A stretch of DNA of 64,000 bases from Octopus vulgaris (lineage: Eukaryota). Numbering within the stretch: the first letter of the stretch is position 1; the number at the start of each line of letters is the position of its first letter. Under the pieces are notes generated by a model that did not search any database, had not been told where the DNA came from, and worked only from the letters and a program-made list of their open reading frames with translations. A program made the translations under genes and the position numbers. This document shows, piece after piece, positions 13,098 to 27,582 of this stretch. The stretch covers positions 64,108,001-64,172,000 of the forward strand of contig OX597824.1 in assembly GCA_951406725.2 (NCBI GenBank). Reading direction: 5' to 3'.

Positions 13098-13394
13098 AGT
13101 AAAGGACAACAGGGAATGGAAAGTAAAACACTGGACTATCAAATATTTCACTAGTAGTTTGAACACAAAAGTTGCTAAAACATTACATTGAGTACATAAT
13201 TAGAGAGAATAAATGAAATAGTGTTACGTGTTCAATGATGGAAAGAGAAATGTAAATGGCAGAAGTAGGTGACTTAACGAGTATAGATATCCAAGATAAT
13301 GTTAAAGTATAAGTCACTCCTATCTTTAAATTAATATTCAAAGGTACAAAAATGAATCAAGTTGACTAAATTAAATTACAAAATATAGGTTTAA

Positions 13395-13610
13395 CCCTTT
13401 CATTACTGTATTTATTTTGAGATGCTCCATGTTTCTTTCAATTAATCTTAAATCTAACAAAGGATTTAGTAAAATAACTTAGTTATCATTAAGCTAGTGT
13501 TAGGAACATTAATTGAGACAAAAGTTTGGTGGAAGATTTTAATTCAAAACTTATGAAAATTGGACATTTGTACTACAGAGCCGGTTTTAGCCAGGTTGGT
13601 AATGAAAAGG
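13395..13610. mobile_element. piggyBac-type MITE
   Basis: TTAA TSDs at 13391 and 13611; TIRs ccctttcattac / gtaatgaaaagg. Confidence 0.75.
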
Positions 13611-13913
13611 TTAAATAAATGCTTATAGGTAAGAGATTAACTACTAAATATTTAAAGTGTTTTAGTTAACAGGTTTAAAATTTTTTTTAAAAGTGTTTCT
13701 AATGTAGTGCAAACATTTTGGCCAAAGTTCACTGAATTTATAAAGGAAGGACATTACCTGAGCACTTTAGGATTTCCAAGAATTCAGCACAGTAAAGTCA
13801 ACACCCATACCAATCGTTTTAGAAGGTCAGGTATGCTTGATTATATTCCAAGTAATAAGGAACTTCACAGTTCTATCTTACGTGTTAACTTTTTATATAT
13901 TTAACTGGTAGGT

Positions 13914-13917
<4 letters not shown>

Positions 13918-13986
<69 letters not shown>
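13918..13986. repeat. (GA)n microsatellite
   Basis: Pure dinucleotide run. Confidence 0.95.
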
Positions 13987-13988
<2 letters not shown>

Positions 13989-15589
13989 TATTATGAGAGG
14001 TGGGGGTGAGCTACATTCAATGACAAATCATTAGCCATGAAAACCAGAAAGCACATCAGGAATGTAAACAAACACCACCATCAAGGCCTACCTAATTTGT
14101 AAACACCTATATCTAATATCATGTGTGTGATCTATATTCACTATAACCGGTGTCTCTTGGGCATGGTGGTGGTGGTCATTACCATCATGGTTGCAGGAGT
14201 GACAGGCTCTGTAGTTGATCCATCAAATGCTAGTGTGAACTACATGAATTATTACAAAACTAGAGTGTTACCCATCAAATGACAAGTAACATTGGAAGCA
14301 TACTTTTACTACCATTAGTATCAAGAATTATAGCATACATACATCACCATCATCAACAATTAATGTTCGTTTTCCAAGCAGGCATGTTGCTGGATGGCTC
14401 AACAGGAACTGGTAAGGCCAGGGGCCACACCAGGTTCCATAGTCTATTCTAGCTTTTCCCATAACTACTCTGGTATTTACTACCTGTCCTCTTCCTATTA
14501 TTTGACTCTTCCTCTCAACACATCCTATACTTCTTATGTTAATTCTCTGAGTATCTCTTACTCCCACTTCTCTCTATACAATGTAAAGCATAACTGCAGA
14601 AATCAACCAACCAACTACCATTTATGTCAACTCTTATTATACAAAGACAATGTTTGTCATTATAAACTTTTGTATTCAGTTTTAATTATTTCATAATAAA
14701 CTGTTTACATACTTTGATAAAGTATGTTGTTGTACCTGCGTACACGTTGGCATATATGTCTGAGTGCATGTGTGAATGTATGCATATGTCTGTGTAACAT
14801 ATATGCAACTGCAAAGACATGCAAGAAGTTGTTTTGATCATAGGATATTGGCCTGATCAGGACTGTGTTGGTCAAAATCTAGTAGTCAACATCCCTCATG
14901 GCCATCTTCAGAAGGCACAAGTTTGGCTGTGTAGTAAGAAGTTTGCTTCACAACCATGCCGTCTTGGGTTCAGTCAAACTGTTCAGCACTTTGGGCAAGT
15001 GTCTTCTACCATAATCCCAGGTTAATCAAAGCATCTGAGTGCATCTTATTCAATCTTTATTGGTTGGGAATAATATAAAGTCAATTAATTAAACCACAAT
15101 GAGTATAGTCCTCCCTTTATCATGAGAGATTCACAATACATTTATTCATCAAGCTTGGACACAAACATAGCTAGATGGTTAAGAAGTTTACTGAACAACC
15201 ATGAGATCCCGGGTTCAATGTAACATCATCATTTAACATCAATATTCAATGTTAGTACCAGGTGAATGGTTCAATAGGATCCAACAGACTTGAGAGCTTC
15301 ATTGGTTCCTGTGTCTGCTTTACCATGGTTTCTATGGATGGATACCCTTCCTGACACCAACCACTTTACAGAGCATACAGGGTACATTTTTCATGGCACC
15401 AGCACTAGTAAGGTTACAAAGTAACTTGCAGGACAAGGATCCTAAACTGAGAATGGGCACAGAATTGCAGAAGATGTTGAGGTGATAAATGAACAGGGAC
15501 AGGTGTCTTGCTAATGAGGAGATACATGGCTATACCAACAGGAAAGAAGAAAGGATGGTTGTGATGAGTTTTCAGAATATCCTCTCAAG

Positions 15590-16140
15590 GTACAAAATAG
15601 TGGATAAAGAGAAAACAGGGCCAATAATCAAGGACGGTTTGGTGGCCAGGTTCACAAGAGTAACAGATGGTAGATGTGAGGGCATAAGTGAATGCAGTAA
15701 ATGGTGAACATGGATGGAGACTTGGAGAATGACAAATTTCAGTTTGAGGAAAAGTAAGGAAAATAGGAGGGAGTCAGAGAGGAAGTGATAGGTAATAATG
15801 CAAAAAGAAGAAGAAAAAAGGTGAGCTGAAGAGCAAGAGTATAGTAAAACCATAGATAGATGAGAAGAGAAATGTTGTGAAGTTTTGGGGAGAAAGTAGA
15901 TGCACAATGACAGAGATAGAGGTCAGAGGCACATAGGGATGGATATATGGGGGATGCATTGATGGCAGATATGAGGTGTTCAGCAGTAAGGTTATTCAAC
16001 AGAAATAAGGTGGTAAGGGATGATGTTGGAATTATGGGATGGATGGCAAAGAAAATAGTTCCAAGGAGAAGGATGACTGGTAGCACAAAAAATGGGATAT
16101 TGAATATATGCAGTTCTGGTCTCATAATTACAGCCACTGC
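15590..16140 (-). mobile_element. Highly decayed PLE reverse transcriptase N-terminal relic
   Basis: AVIMRPE and IYFLPK(L)H-like fragments in a purine-skewed stretch; many frameshifts. Confidence 0.3.
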
Positions 16141-19100
16141 ACAGATCTTGATGCAACATATTTTACAATAACCTCAGGTTGACCAAGTATAATTGGAAAA
16201 TTGAAGACCCTGAAGAAGCTTGTCAGATGAATTTTTACTTGTAATTCAAAAGATCAGCTTATCACATGCAATATCACATGCTATATCCCATTAGTGCAGC
16301 TTGAGAATTATGCTATGAGTGTGTATGTCCATGGTATATTCAGACATATAAATTTAATTTCAGTTCATCAAATAGCTAAATGTTCATTATTAAAACTGGC
16401 AGAGGATCTGACAATCCATCAGACTTGAAGAGAGAGAGAGTGTGTGTGTGTGTACATGCACACATATATATGCATGCACATATATATGTATGATGGACTT
16501 CTTTCAGTTTCAATCCATCAACTCCACTCACAATGCTTTGATTAGCCTGGGATTATGGTGGAAGACACTTGCTCAAGGTGCTGAACAGTTTGACTGAACC
16601 CATGACTGCATGGTTGTGAAGCAAGCTTCTTACCACACAGCCACACATGTGCCTTCTGAAGATGGCCATGGGGGATGTTGACAACTAGATTTTGACCAAC
16701 ACAGTCCTGATCAGGCCAATATTCTATGATCAAAACAGCTCGAGTATGAACAGCCCATCTTTTCCTCCCAAGGTAAATTTTATTTAAGTTGGACTACAAA
16801 CATGTCTCTTTGCCTTAAATAGATTAATAACACAAGGAATACTTGGCTGAGACTCCTTCCATTACTCTTGCATAATATGTAACTAAAAGTGGCAATGTAT
16901 CATATCGTTAGTCCTCTAGGCTTACAAGCAACAGCAGTAGAAGTAAACCCAATCTCAACACAAAACTATTCTGTCTTACAACTTTATACTGGCTTTTTTT
17001 TTTCTTCCAGAGTAATTCAGTGACAAAAATAACAACAACAATAGCAACTGTCATGACAAATTCAAGGTCACAATTATGTTTAACCCTGAACAAGCAAAGC
17101 TGACCCTCCATACTACAAAAAAGTCAGTGAATATATGATGGTGAAGGAGAGAGAGGAGGGAGGGCTTTCTTGGCATATAATTAGTGTTAATCACATAGAT
17201 TCACTCTTGACTATATCCATAGATTTATATTTAGTCAATGTTACTGTCTCATAAAAATAACAAAACTAGTTGCTTAATGAGAGAGAAAATAACATATAAA
17301 TAGCCAATGTTTGTTGTGGACAATAACCATTGCTCCTTGTCATCACCATCCCACATATCCAACTATCAGCAAATTAGGTGCCCTTTTTCTCCAGCCATCA
17401 ACAAATTAGGTGCAATTTGTTGTCTTTCTGCATATTTGCTTGATTGATAGCTGAAATATGATTTGTATTTACTGTTTAATCCAGAAAGAAGCCAAATGTC
17501 TATAATAATGGTAGGGAAGGAGGGAGGAAAATGCAGTCAAACCAGAAAGTTCCCAAGGGACCAAGAAGTAGTGTTGAACCAGAAGGTGTATTAACTCTAC
17601 TGCATAAACAGCCCACAGCTAGATTTGAACTCAGAAGACAAAGAGCCAAAACAAATACTGCAAGGCATTCTGCCTGATCCTCTGCCAACCAATCACCTTA
17701 GATTGATACTTTTTTGTGTTGATTCTGATGGGACGAAACAGAAAGCTGACCTCAGCAGCATTTGAACCCGGAATGCAATGAGTTACAACAAACACCAATA
17801 GGTGTTCTATCTGATGTTCTATCAACTCTGCCAATTCAGAGCCACTTCTACTCCAATACTGAAAATAGCATGCAAGTATCATACATAAACCTTGTGCACA
17901 GCTGCTACCACTTTATCACACATATACAAATACACCATCTAACTAATCTAACCACCAAAAAGTGGTTCACCACTGTTTTCATTTATTTGTTTGATTACTT
18001 AAGTGTTTGTTCATTCCTATATCACAGAAACTGCTGAAGCTAAGAAATCCAAAATGTTCGGTTATTATGGCAACATAATTACATTTTCCTTCCCATTTTG
18101 TATTTTTTAACAAGTTTATTTGGGTATCAAGTACAAGAACCAGCTCTATTTGACATGCTGTATGATAGATGAGGTACAGAAACAAATGTTACAAATGAAA
18201 CAAAATACACCAGAAACAGTTATATGATTTCCACCAAACATTGACAACTAATGATAGATACTAGTTCAAAAAATATTCAAATATTGATCATTTCCAAAGC
18301 TAAAACAGTTTTTTTTATTGCCACTCTTAATATTAGCATTTGATTAAATATTTCTTCTGCAATTATTTAATGAATAACAAAACATCTAACAGTCCTAGAT
18401 GGTATCAAATGCAGTTAAAATACTTGTTACTAATAATGAAATAATTGAATTGACAGTGTACTCCATATCACCTCTAAGAAGGAGAAGGAACACAGTTGAT
18501 AAAATTCAATAGGTTATTTTAAGTGGGTTGCAGTTAAAGCATGGATTATCAACCAGAGTCTATATGGCCCTTGGGGGAATGTCCATATAAGATTTTGTTG
18601 TTGAAATTTATGTGCAATAAATTGGTTCAAAAGTATTTTAACAATTTTTTTATACAGTTTCTAATAACATATAAATATGTAATAAGATTATTTTAACAGT
18701 TTATGGCTGGTTCGAGCATAAAACAAGTAGAATATTAGGGATTTATGTAGCTAACCAGAGCGTTGATAAACATCTGAAATGATCTTGAGCAAAAGGTTGC
18801 TGAATTGCAAGCAAACTGAATTTGGAAGAGAGCAGTGATTTAAGGTTACATCTCCATAATTTCCAGCCAAAAATCGATGCAATAACTAGTATTTTACCAA
18901 TCAGCATTTAAACTGGCAATATTCAGCCCAAATATTCTACCTGTTTATTCTCAAACCAGCTACCCTACCATGTCATTCGAAAAATATGCAATCACATCAA
19001 ACTTTCAAAGCTATGAGATAATGTTTGACTAATTTAAAACAATGTGAATAAATAAGTATTACATTTCATATTAATTTATGTTCCAATTACCAGTTTAATA

Positions 19101-22100
19101 ATGACAAAGTTATTTTACCATATTCTTCCTTATTTTTAAAATTAATAGAAACATATACAATCTGTTTTAACATTGCCAATCTCTCAAAGTGGATGGAACT
19201 TGTGTAAGAGGGAGACAGAGGAAGATGTGGGATGAGGTACTGAAGGACAACTTCAGGATGCTGAAACTGTCAGACAAGATGACAAAGGACAGATATCTGG
19301 CACCTTGTTGAACTAAAGAAAAAACCAACCCTCTACAGTAAAAGTGTTAAGGTCACTTGTCTTGATGAAGAGGATTGGCTTGCAAGGGTCCTATGCCACA
19401 GAGAAAGCACTCATGTCAGTACCATGTAAAAGTATGCATACCAGTGCCATGTTAAAAGCACTCAGCATTAGGAAGGGCATCAAGCTGTAGAAACCATGCC
19501 AAATCAGACTAGTCTGGTGCAGCTCTCCTGCTTGCCAGCTCTGGTCAAACCGTCCAACTCATGCCAACATGGAAAACGGACATTAAAGGATGATGATGAT
19601 GAGGTTAAATATTTTTTAATGCTAACCCTAGTTCTGTAAATCCACAAGATTTTAATGCTAATCCTAATTCTGTAAATCCAACCCAGGGTAACATTAATTA
19701 GGAATGGTACATTCAAATGTACCCAGACCAAATATATTCAGAGGAGTCCTTACATGACCAAAGTAGAGGTAAAAATATGACAGAAAAAACAGAGCAGATA
19801 TGATTAATGATACAAACTTCAATCAGGCAAACAAAAAACAACAACAAAAGAGAAATCAACAAAGCTTGAAACTTGTTCTAAGGAATAGAAGTCTATATGG
19901 CTTCTTGGTGATTACAACAGATCAATTAATAAGTGATGGGAAATCACTATGGCCTGTCCATGTATATGCAAATAGAAGTTCTGACTGAACATTTATTTAG
20001 CTTGTTGTTTTGATAAGAATTTGAATCAACTGATCAGTTCATTAAATTATATTTAGAAATAATCACAGCACAAAAGTTAATTAATTAACCAGTGTGAGAG
20101 ATGGGAGGCATTTTAATTGTTTTATTTTTGTTCTTTATTGTATTGTTTCTAGTTGGTGTATGTGTGTGTGTACGTATATCATCATCATCCTCATTTACTG
20201 ACCCTTTTTCTATGCTGGCATGGGTTGGACAGTTTGACAGGAGCTAGCAAGCCAGAGGGTTGATGATGACGATAGTGACAACGACAACATAAAACAGCCA
20301 GCCATCACCCATAAGTGAGCATGGCTTGGTAACATATACCATGCTTTTGCAATTTGTTTTAGGTGTCAATGTAGTCACAATCAAATATAGAGATCCTTAC
20401 AACTCAGCCACCCTTTGATCAAGGTGTAACATCCAAGATGTAGCAAATGGATGGAGGAAGTTGCACCCATACTTGGCTGGTATTCATTTTCAGTTGAGTA
20501 AATTGGAGCAATGTGAAATAAAGTATATTGCCATCTAATCCAGGAACTGAACTCATAAAGTTATGATCATGAACCAAACACCCTAGCCACTAAGCTGGAT
20601 ATGCAGCTTCACATATACACACATATGTGCCTTGAAGAGGAATTATACAAGTGCAGATGAGCCTCACTTGCAAACACCATCATTATCATCAACCCACATT
20701 GGCATGGATTGGGTGGTTTGACAGAAGTTCAAGGACTAATCATGGTCCAGTGTCAGCTTTGGTATGTCCCACCTAGCACCAACTACTTTACAGCAAATAC
20801 TGGCTACTTTTATTTTCATACTACCAGCACCAGTGAGGTCACCAAGCAGCCTGCAAAATTTTACATTTCTCCTCAATACATTTCAAGTTCATTGCCTTTC
20901 ATTCCTCGGAGAGTCAATAAAATATAGTACTAGTTACATACTGGGGTTGATGTAATCAACTTGCCCTTCTTCCCTCAGCACTGCTGGCCTTGTACCAAAA
21001 TTTGAAATCATTGTTATTATTATTAGATATATTCAGTGAGAACATGAAACAATTACTAATTCTAATATGCCCTTCCTCTTTTTCTGATGCTCGTGTGAAG
21101 TATGAAATGAAGAGTAGTCACTATTTCTAGAAGGTTCAGAAGTGATTAGCTTCATCATAGACAAACTGCAGTCCATGGGATTTCTGAATAGCATGCCAAT
21201 GAAAAAAAAATCACCTTGAATCTTTTTAATGTGATCCATCTAACAATGAACTGTACCTCATGTGGCCCACTTCTCAAAAAAAGGTTAACCATGCCTGGTT
21301 TAGCTCATAGAGTAAGACAGTGCATTGCTCTCACCATCAAAGTGTAGCAAGTTTTGTTTGTTATTTTATAAATAATAAAACTGGCAGCTAATTAAGTGAG
21401 TGGAGCTTTAGGTACCCTTGCTAGACTACATTAGGTTATACTGAAAGATTGTATTTTAAATATATTGGCTAAGATAGAAAGTTTATTGATATCAGAAAGG
21501 AAAGGTAAGTAGACAGCTATGTAGATAGACTGACAGATAAAAAAGTGGGGGTGTAAGTAAATAGTTAAGAAGGTATGCAGATGGATGAATAAATGGACTG
21601 ATGACCCATACCAAGATAGGCAAGACCAGATAGAATAGGTGTTTACATAGAAAGACCTGAGAGACACATAGACATGTATACGCATAATAATGTACATGTA
21701 TATTATAGATAAGAGATATATAGTAATATTATGTTATATAGTAATATTATGTTTACAATTTATTAATATAGTTATATATATAGTTATAATATAGTTATAT
21801 ATATTAGATTAGATATAGGTACGTAGACAGGTAGGTCTGTACTCAAATAGGTGTATAGATAAATAGGTATTCATAGAGATAGGTAAATAGATGGATAGTT
21901 AAGTAGATATAAAGCTAGGTATGTATGTAGACAGCTATGTAGACAAACAAGTAGGTATCTAAATAGATAGGTATTTGTATACAGAGGTGTGTAGACATGG
22001 GTAGAACAATAAACAGCTATGTAGATAAATAGGTTAGTAGCAAATAGATAGGTATGCAAGAAAAAAAAAGAGATTGCTAGGGAAACAAATAGTTATTCAG

Positions 22101-23387
22101 ATAAATAAGAAGGTAGATAAATGGGTGTGAAGATAGAAAGGTGGGTTCATAAATGAATGAAATTTACTGATGAACAGACATACAGGTAGATATATAGGCC
22201 AACAGAGAGATACACAAATAAAGCCAACATGAAAATTGTAGGTAAATTTCTATAAATGATACTTTGAACATTCTCAAATATAAAATATGTATAGAATGTC
22301 AGGTTTGTACTCCTGGTATTTGCAAACATACCACAAGTGTCAACCTATGACATATCTAGATATGTGGGGCAAGGATGGGGGTGAAATAGGAGAGTGAGAC
22401 AGAATAAGAGTGGGATGAATTAATTGAATATGTTAAAGAGAAAGAGAGAGAGTTGGATAAAAGGGGGTTACGGTGGCAATGATAGAGTGAGGAGGTGAAA
22501 GTGAGGAGAGGAGAGTGGTAAGAGGGAGGGAGAGTGAAAGAGTGAAAAACAAAGATTAATGACAACAGAGGGGGTGATAAGAACAGAGAGAAAGAGAAAA
22601 TGGGAACAACAGAAAGAGTGTGTGTGTGTGTGAGCAATACAGGTACAGAAAATGGAGAGACAAACAGACTGACTGATTTATGACAACAGAGTGAAGGAAA
22701 GTGTTAACACAATAGAGAATGGTTTAAAAGAGTATATATATGCACACATCAATGTATGTGTAAGCATGCATCTATATGTATGCATGTGTGTGTGTGTGTG
22801 GCGGTGCCCCAGCATGGCCACAGCTCATGAGCTGAAACTAGATAAAATAAAATAAATAAATAATAAATAAATATATATCATCATCATCATCGTTTAACGT
22901 CAGTTTTCAGCACTAGCACGGGTTGGACAGTTCGAGGGGGGGTCTGGGAAGCCAGGAGGCTGCACCAGGCTCCAGTCTGATCTGGCAGTGTTTCTACAGC
23001 TGGATGCCCTTCCTACATACGTACATAAAAGCTCATCAGTACCTATACACCACACAGAGCAAAACTGCTAACTCTGAGAGACAAACAAATGAACAGATGG
23101 ACAGACAGATAGAAGAATCATCTCCCATTATTTCAGCTGTACTATATTTATCAACACAATAAATATGAAAGGTAAGCTGCTCTCCATGAGATTTGAACTC
23201 AGAACACTGGAACTAATTTGCTTAAGCTGTTATCTCACAGCAGTTGATAAACCAGTACTTTTCAAAGTGAGACTCTTGCGATATTTGTTCTGCACTGTGT
23301 ACAGATACTCCCTTTCGACAAGTGCCATCATAAAAACAGTGAATCAGTGACTGGCCCAGTAGAAACTAGTAACCAATCTCACAATTG

Positions 23388-23453
<66 letters not shown>

Positions 23454-23459
23454 TACATA

Positions 23460-23660
23460 TTCTTTTATTTGTTTCAGTCATTTGACTGTGGCCATGCTGG
23501 AGCATCACCTTTAGTCAAGCAAATCGACCCCAGGACTTATTCTTTGTAAGTCTGGCACTTATTCTATCAGTCTCTTTTGTCGAACTGCTAAGTTACCGGG
23601 ACGTAAACACACCAGCATCAGTTGTCAAGCAATGTTGGGGGTGACAAACACAGACACACA

Positions 23661-23707
<47 letters not shown>

Positions 23708-23940
23708 CATCGGATTTTGGTAATTTGTGCCTTTCGAAACACGTGTAGAATGAAATAAAACGATTTCTGTTCAATCTGCGTTCAGCTCCATTTCTTCAAT
23801 TCACCAATAATGTTCTATATATATATATACATATATATATATATACAACAGGCTTCTTTCAGTTTCTGTTTACCAAATACACTCACAAGGCTTTGGTCGG
23901 CCCAAGGCAATAGTAGAAGACACTTGCCCAAGGTGTCATG
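23460..23940 (-). mobile_element. SINE family A
   Basis: Reverse-complement match to 41-507; 5' truncated. Confidence 0.85.
23704..23815 (+). mobile_element. PLE-type 3' fragment with hammerhead 3' half, inserted in the (AT)n of a SINE
   Basis: cGAA ACAC GTGT A gaat followed by aataaa; no CTGANGA half present. Confidence 0.4.
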
Positions 23941-24252
23941 CATATATATATATATATAAATCTGTTTCCATGTTTTTGTTTTTATGTTTTCGTTTCTCAT
24001 TGTGTTCAATGTTTTTTTGGTGTCCTGTACCCATATATGCATTTATATATACATATAGATGTAGGTATGTACATATATGTATGTATATATGCATATGTTT
24101 TATATATTATTTTGTTATTACATATATTTATATATATATATATATACATATTTTGATAAAAATGGTAAGACAAACAAAAGAATGAAAGAGACCTCGATAA
24201 TATATAAATAGAGGAATTTATCTGTAAAAGTAATATGTGACAATTGTTCGGT

Positions 24253-24327
24253 AGCCATGATAAAACTCCGAGTTTCGGATGCTGGGGTGGAAATCCGCAC
24301 CGCCATCTCTTCAGTTATCGGATGACC
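24253..24327 (-). ncRNA. Type I hammerhead ribozyme motif (PLE-type), core intact
   Basis: Minus strand: ggtcat-cc-GATAA CTGAAGA GATG..CATC C GAA ACTC-G-GAGT T TTATC-atggct. Helix I 5+6 bp, extended helix II, palindromic helix III, GUU cleavage triplet. Confidence 0.7.
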
Positions 24328-24328
24328 A

Positions 24329-24395
24329 GATAACTGAAGAGATGGCAGCATGGATTTCCACCCCAGCATCTGAAACTAGGAGTTTTATCATGGCT
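24329..24395 (+). ncRNA. Inverted twin hammerhead motif (helix III mismatch)
   Basis: GATAA CTGAAGA GATG..CATC tGAAACTAGGAGT T TTATC; right arm of the 24223-24425 palindrome. Confidence 0.6.
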
Positions 24396-25013
24396 ACCGA
24401 ATAATTGTCACATATTACTTTTACACACACACATATCATGAGGAAGTTACTAAACAATATATGTGTGTGTGTGTGTGTGTATATGTAGGCACACACACAC
24501 ACACACAGTTGTAGTATGAGATATGGATTCTGAATATTGTGTGGCTATGAATGTGTGTGTGTGTGTGTGCAAAAAATGTGAAGCAAACCAACAGGAAATG
24601 TGTAAGTAGTAGTCTTGCTATTCATTGCAGAAGAACTGCATTGTAATGATGGTGGAGAGGAAATGAGGTAATAAAAAGAATCATAGGTAGGCTGGTCAGG
24701 TAAGTTGATTTGACAAACAAGTGATAAAAACATTAAGAAAATCTGATGAGAAATTTAATGATAGTGGAAACAAACAAAAAGAGAATAAACAGTTTAAAAA
24801 GGTACACAGTCTAAGTATGACTGACATTAATTAACCAATTTTTTTTTCCACGTGTTTTTAGAAAAACCTGTTTAACTTGAGGAATATGGTGAGAGATAGT
24901 TGAAAGCTATCATTTCCAATATCATTTACCATATTTGGGTATTTGAAAAGACATTCTGCTTCTAACCCTAAATGTCTTTTTTCTTCAACTGAATCTTGAG
25001 GGGGAAAAAAATA

Positions 25014-25069
<56 letters not shown>

Positions 25070-25547
25070 CATTATGCCCTGATGCAGTACTACAGTGGCT
25101 CTCATGGCTTCTGATCTTAACTGATTGGAAGCGTTATCATGTACATTGTTTTGTCGTGGTATGAAAGATGGGCACAGCAAATATTCTGCTCAATACCACA
25201 GATTTGCTTGTCAGTTGTTTGACCTTAACCAGCTGACCATGTCCCTTAGTGGCTGATGATATGTGCATCTCTGATCATGAGCAGAAATAGTGAGGGAGCA
25301 TCATAGCCGTGTGTTGAAAGGAATCCTTAGAGGTTTGGATAATTTACCTTTGGAAACATGGGTGGTTCGTTCAACATCCTTAAACAATCTTCATTCAGGG
25401 ACCTTTTGAGTGGAATGGGCTACTCGACCAGAAGAAAATTCCAACTGGGCTCCACCCGCAAGGTCATGCGCTGTTTATCTTGATATGAGATCACCATGTC
25501 GCACACATATGGTTGTGATGCATGTGCCTGGTGTACCCTTATCAGAC
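25070..25547. mobile_element. Copy of the (TAA)n-associated element
   Basis: Follows (AAT)n at 25012-25070; homologous to 1244-1640. Confidence 0.75.
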
Positions 25548-25895
25548 ATCACAAAGGCAAACATAAGAATCTCAGTTTTCAGTGATACAATATACAGTAA
25601 ATAATGTTTTTATGGTGCTAATATTGACAGTTTTTACCTTCATCTCTTTTACTTGTTTCAGTCATTGGGCTGTAGCTATGCTAGGGAACTGCCAATAAAT
25701 CAATTCCAATACTTTTTTGTTTTAAGTCTAGAGCTTAATCTATTGTTTATATTTTGATGAACCATTAAGTTATAAGGACATAAACAAACCAACACCAGTT
25801 ATCACCAGTATATATACACATACATGATGGGCTTCTACACATTTTGATCTCCCATATTCACTCACAAGGTATTGGTTAGCCTGGGCTTATAATAT

Positions 25896-26539
25896 AGTGA
25901 CCAAGACCTTTGGAAATATGCTGTGCTTGAGAAGACCCAGCAAGCCAAATGAGACCATAAACCATGGCCTATGGCAGGGGTGTAACCAGCCCACTTATGC
26001 ATACCTTTCCTTCACTGGACACTAAACTCTGCTTGCGAAGACCTGTTGAGGCAAGTGAAATGGAAATCAAATTTGATGAATGGCATCCATGCTAGTGGAG
26101 CGCTAAAAGCACCATCAGAGCGTGATCCTTGCCAGAGCAGCTGACTGGCTTCTGTGCCAGTGGCACATAAAAAGCACCATTCAAGTGTGATCGTTACCAC
26201 CATCGCCTTACTAGCACTTGTGCCGGTAGAACATGAAAAAAAAAAGTGCAAGGTCATTGCCAGTGCCGCTAGACTGGCTTCTGTGCAAGTGGTACGTAAA
26301 AAAACACCATTTGAGCGTGGCCGTTGCAGTACCTCCTGACTGGCCCTCGTGCCGGTGGCACGTAAAGGCACCCACTACACTCTTAGAGTGGTTGGCGTTA
26401 GGAAGCGCATCCAGCTGTAGAAACTCTGCCAGATCAAATTGGAGCCTGGTGCAGCCATCTGGTTCGCCAGTCCTCAGTCAAATCATCCAACCCATGCTAG
26501 CATGGAAAGTAGACATTAAATGATAATGATGATGATGAT
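25896..26539 (+). mobile_element. RTE-tailed element inserted into a family A SINE
   Basis: Splits the minus-strand SINE into 25645-25895 and 26540-26622; homologous to 9445-9921. Confidence 0.85.
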
Positions 26540-26989
26540 TTGTCCAAGGTGCCACACAGGGATACTGAACCTGAAACCACGCGGTTGCAATGCAAGCTAA
26601 CCACCACGCTATGCCTGCACCTATAAACATATTATTTTGTGTGCATTAGCAGTGTTATTTTATGGATGAATCAGAAGGAAGGGATTTCTGTGGGCCTAAT
26701 GAGAGTGGAGAGATTGTGGTAGTTATACTCAGCTTGAAAATATGGAACTCAATGTATGTGGGAATATTGAAGTTGAAACAGGAATTCTAGAAGGTTGATG
26801 TTCAGGGGAGAATAGGAGTGGAAGGTAGAATTGGATGAAAAATTGTTGGGAATGGGACACAGTAGATTTGGAGAAAGAAAAATACAAGAAAAAAATTACA
26901 TAGAGTTTAACAAAGTGACAGTGACCACGTCACAGAAGAATGTAAAGTATGTAAGTATATGCATGCATGTGTTACACAAGAAGTTGATT

Positions 26990-27400
26990 TTCTCAAAATC
27001 CTAGAGACCCCCAAAAGGTAGCAGATACTGCTGTTACCTAGGTGATGTGATTAACAGTGGAGAGAGGAAGTTTAGAAAGCTATTACCTCTGTTGGCAACA
27101 AAAGGTTTCTCTCCAAGTGAAAGGTAGAATTTATGGTGTACATAGAGTAAGATTACATGATAGTGAGATAAAGGTCCTGAATGTAGAGGTCATGCAAAAA
27201 TGAGAGAGGAATGAAGCTAGTATTCTCTGCTGGATGTGAAATGTCAGTGTGCATGTACAACAAAGAGTTAATGTATTGTGAGAGAAGTTATGTATAAGAG
27301 CAATCAGATGCAACGTGCATGAGAACAGACTGTGGGTTTGGTCATGAGATGCCTATGAATGAGGATAGTTACATAAAGCAGTGCCAGTGGATTAAAGTGG
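26990..27400 (+). mobile_element. RTE LINE RT C-terminal fragment
   Basis: KFRKLLPLLATKG..VKGRIY..ERNEASIL.W; homologous minus-strand piece at 49440-49875. Confidence 0.7.
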
Positions 27401-27582
27401 ATGTTCAACATATTACAAACAATGTCCTTCATTTCCAATTTTCTACGAAAAGTAGTCAGGCATAGAGAAAAATTAATTTGCCTGGAGGCAGGTGAACTTT
27501 GGCAACAGGAAGTTGGTCAATCTTTTCTTGCAATCATGATGATGAGGAGGAGGGCAAGGAGAGGGAGGAAGAAATGGCTTAC

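Noticed and set aside
19754-19816. 63-nt candidate exon encoding a hydrophobic, TM-like peptide
   Set aside because: T-rich DNA naturally encodes hydrophobic residues; AAG acceptor, phase 0-0 does not fit the phase 1 intron, and EPS8 proteins are cytosolic.
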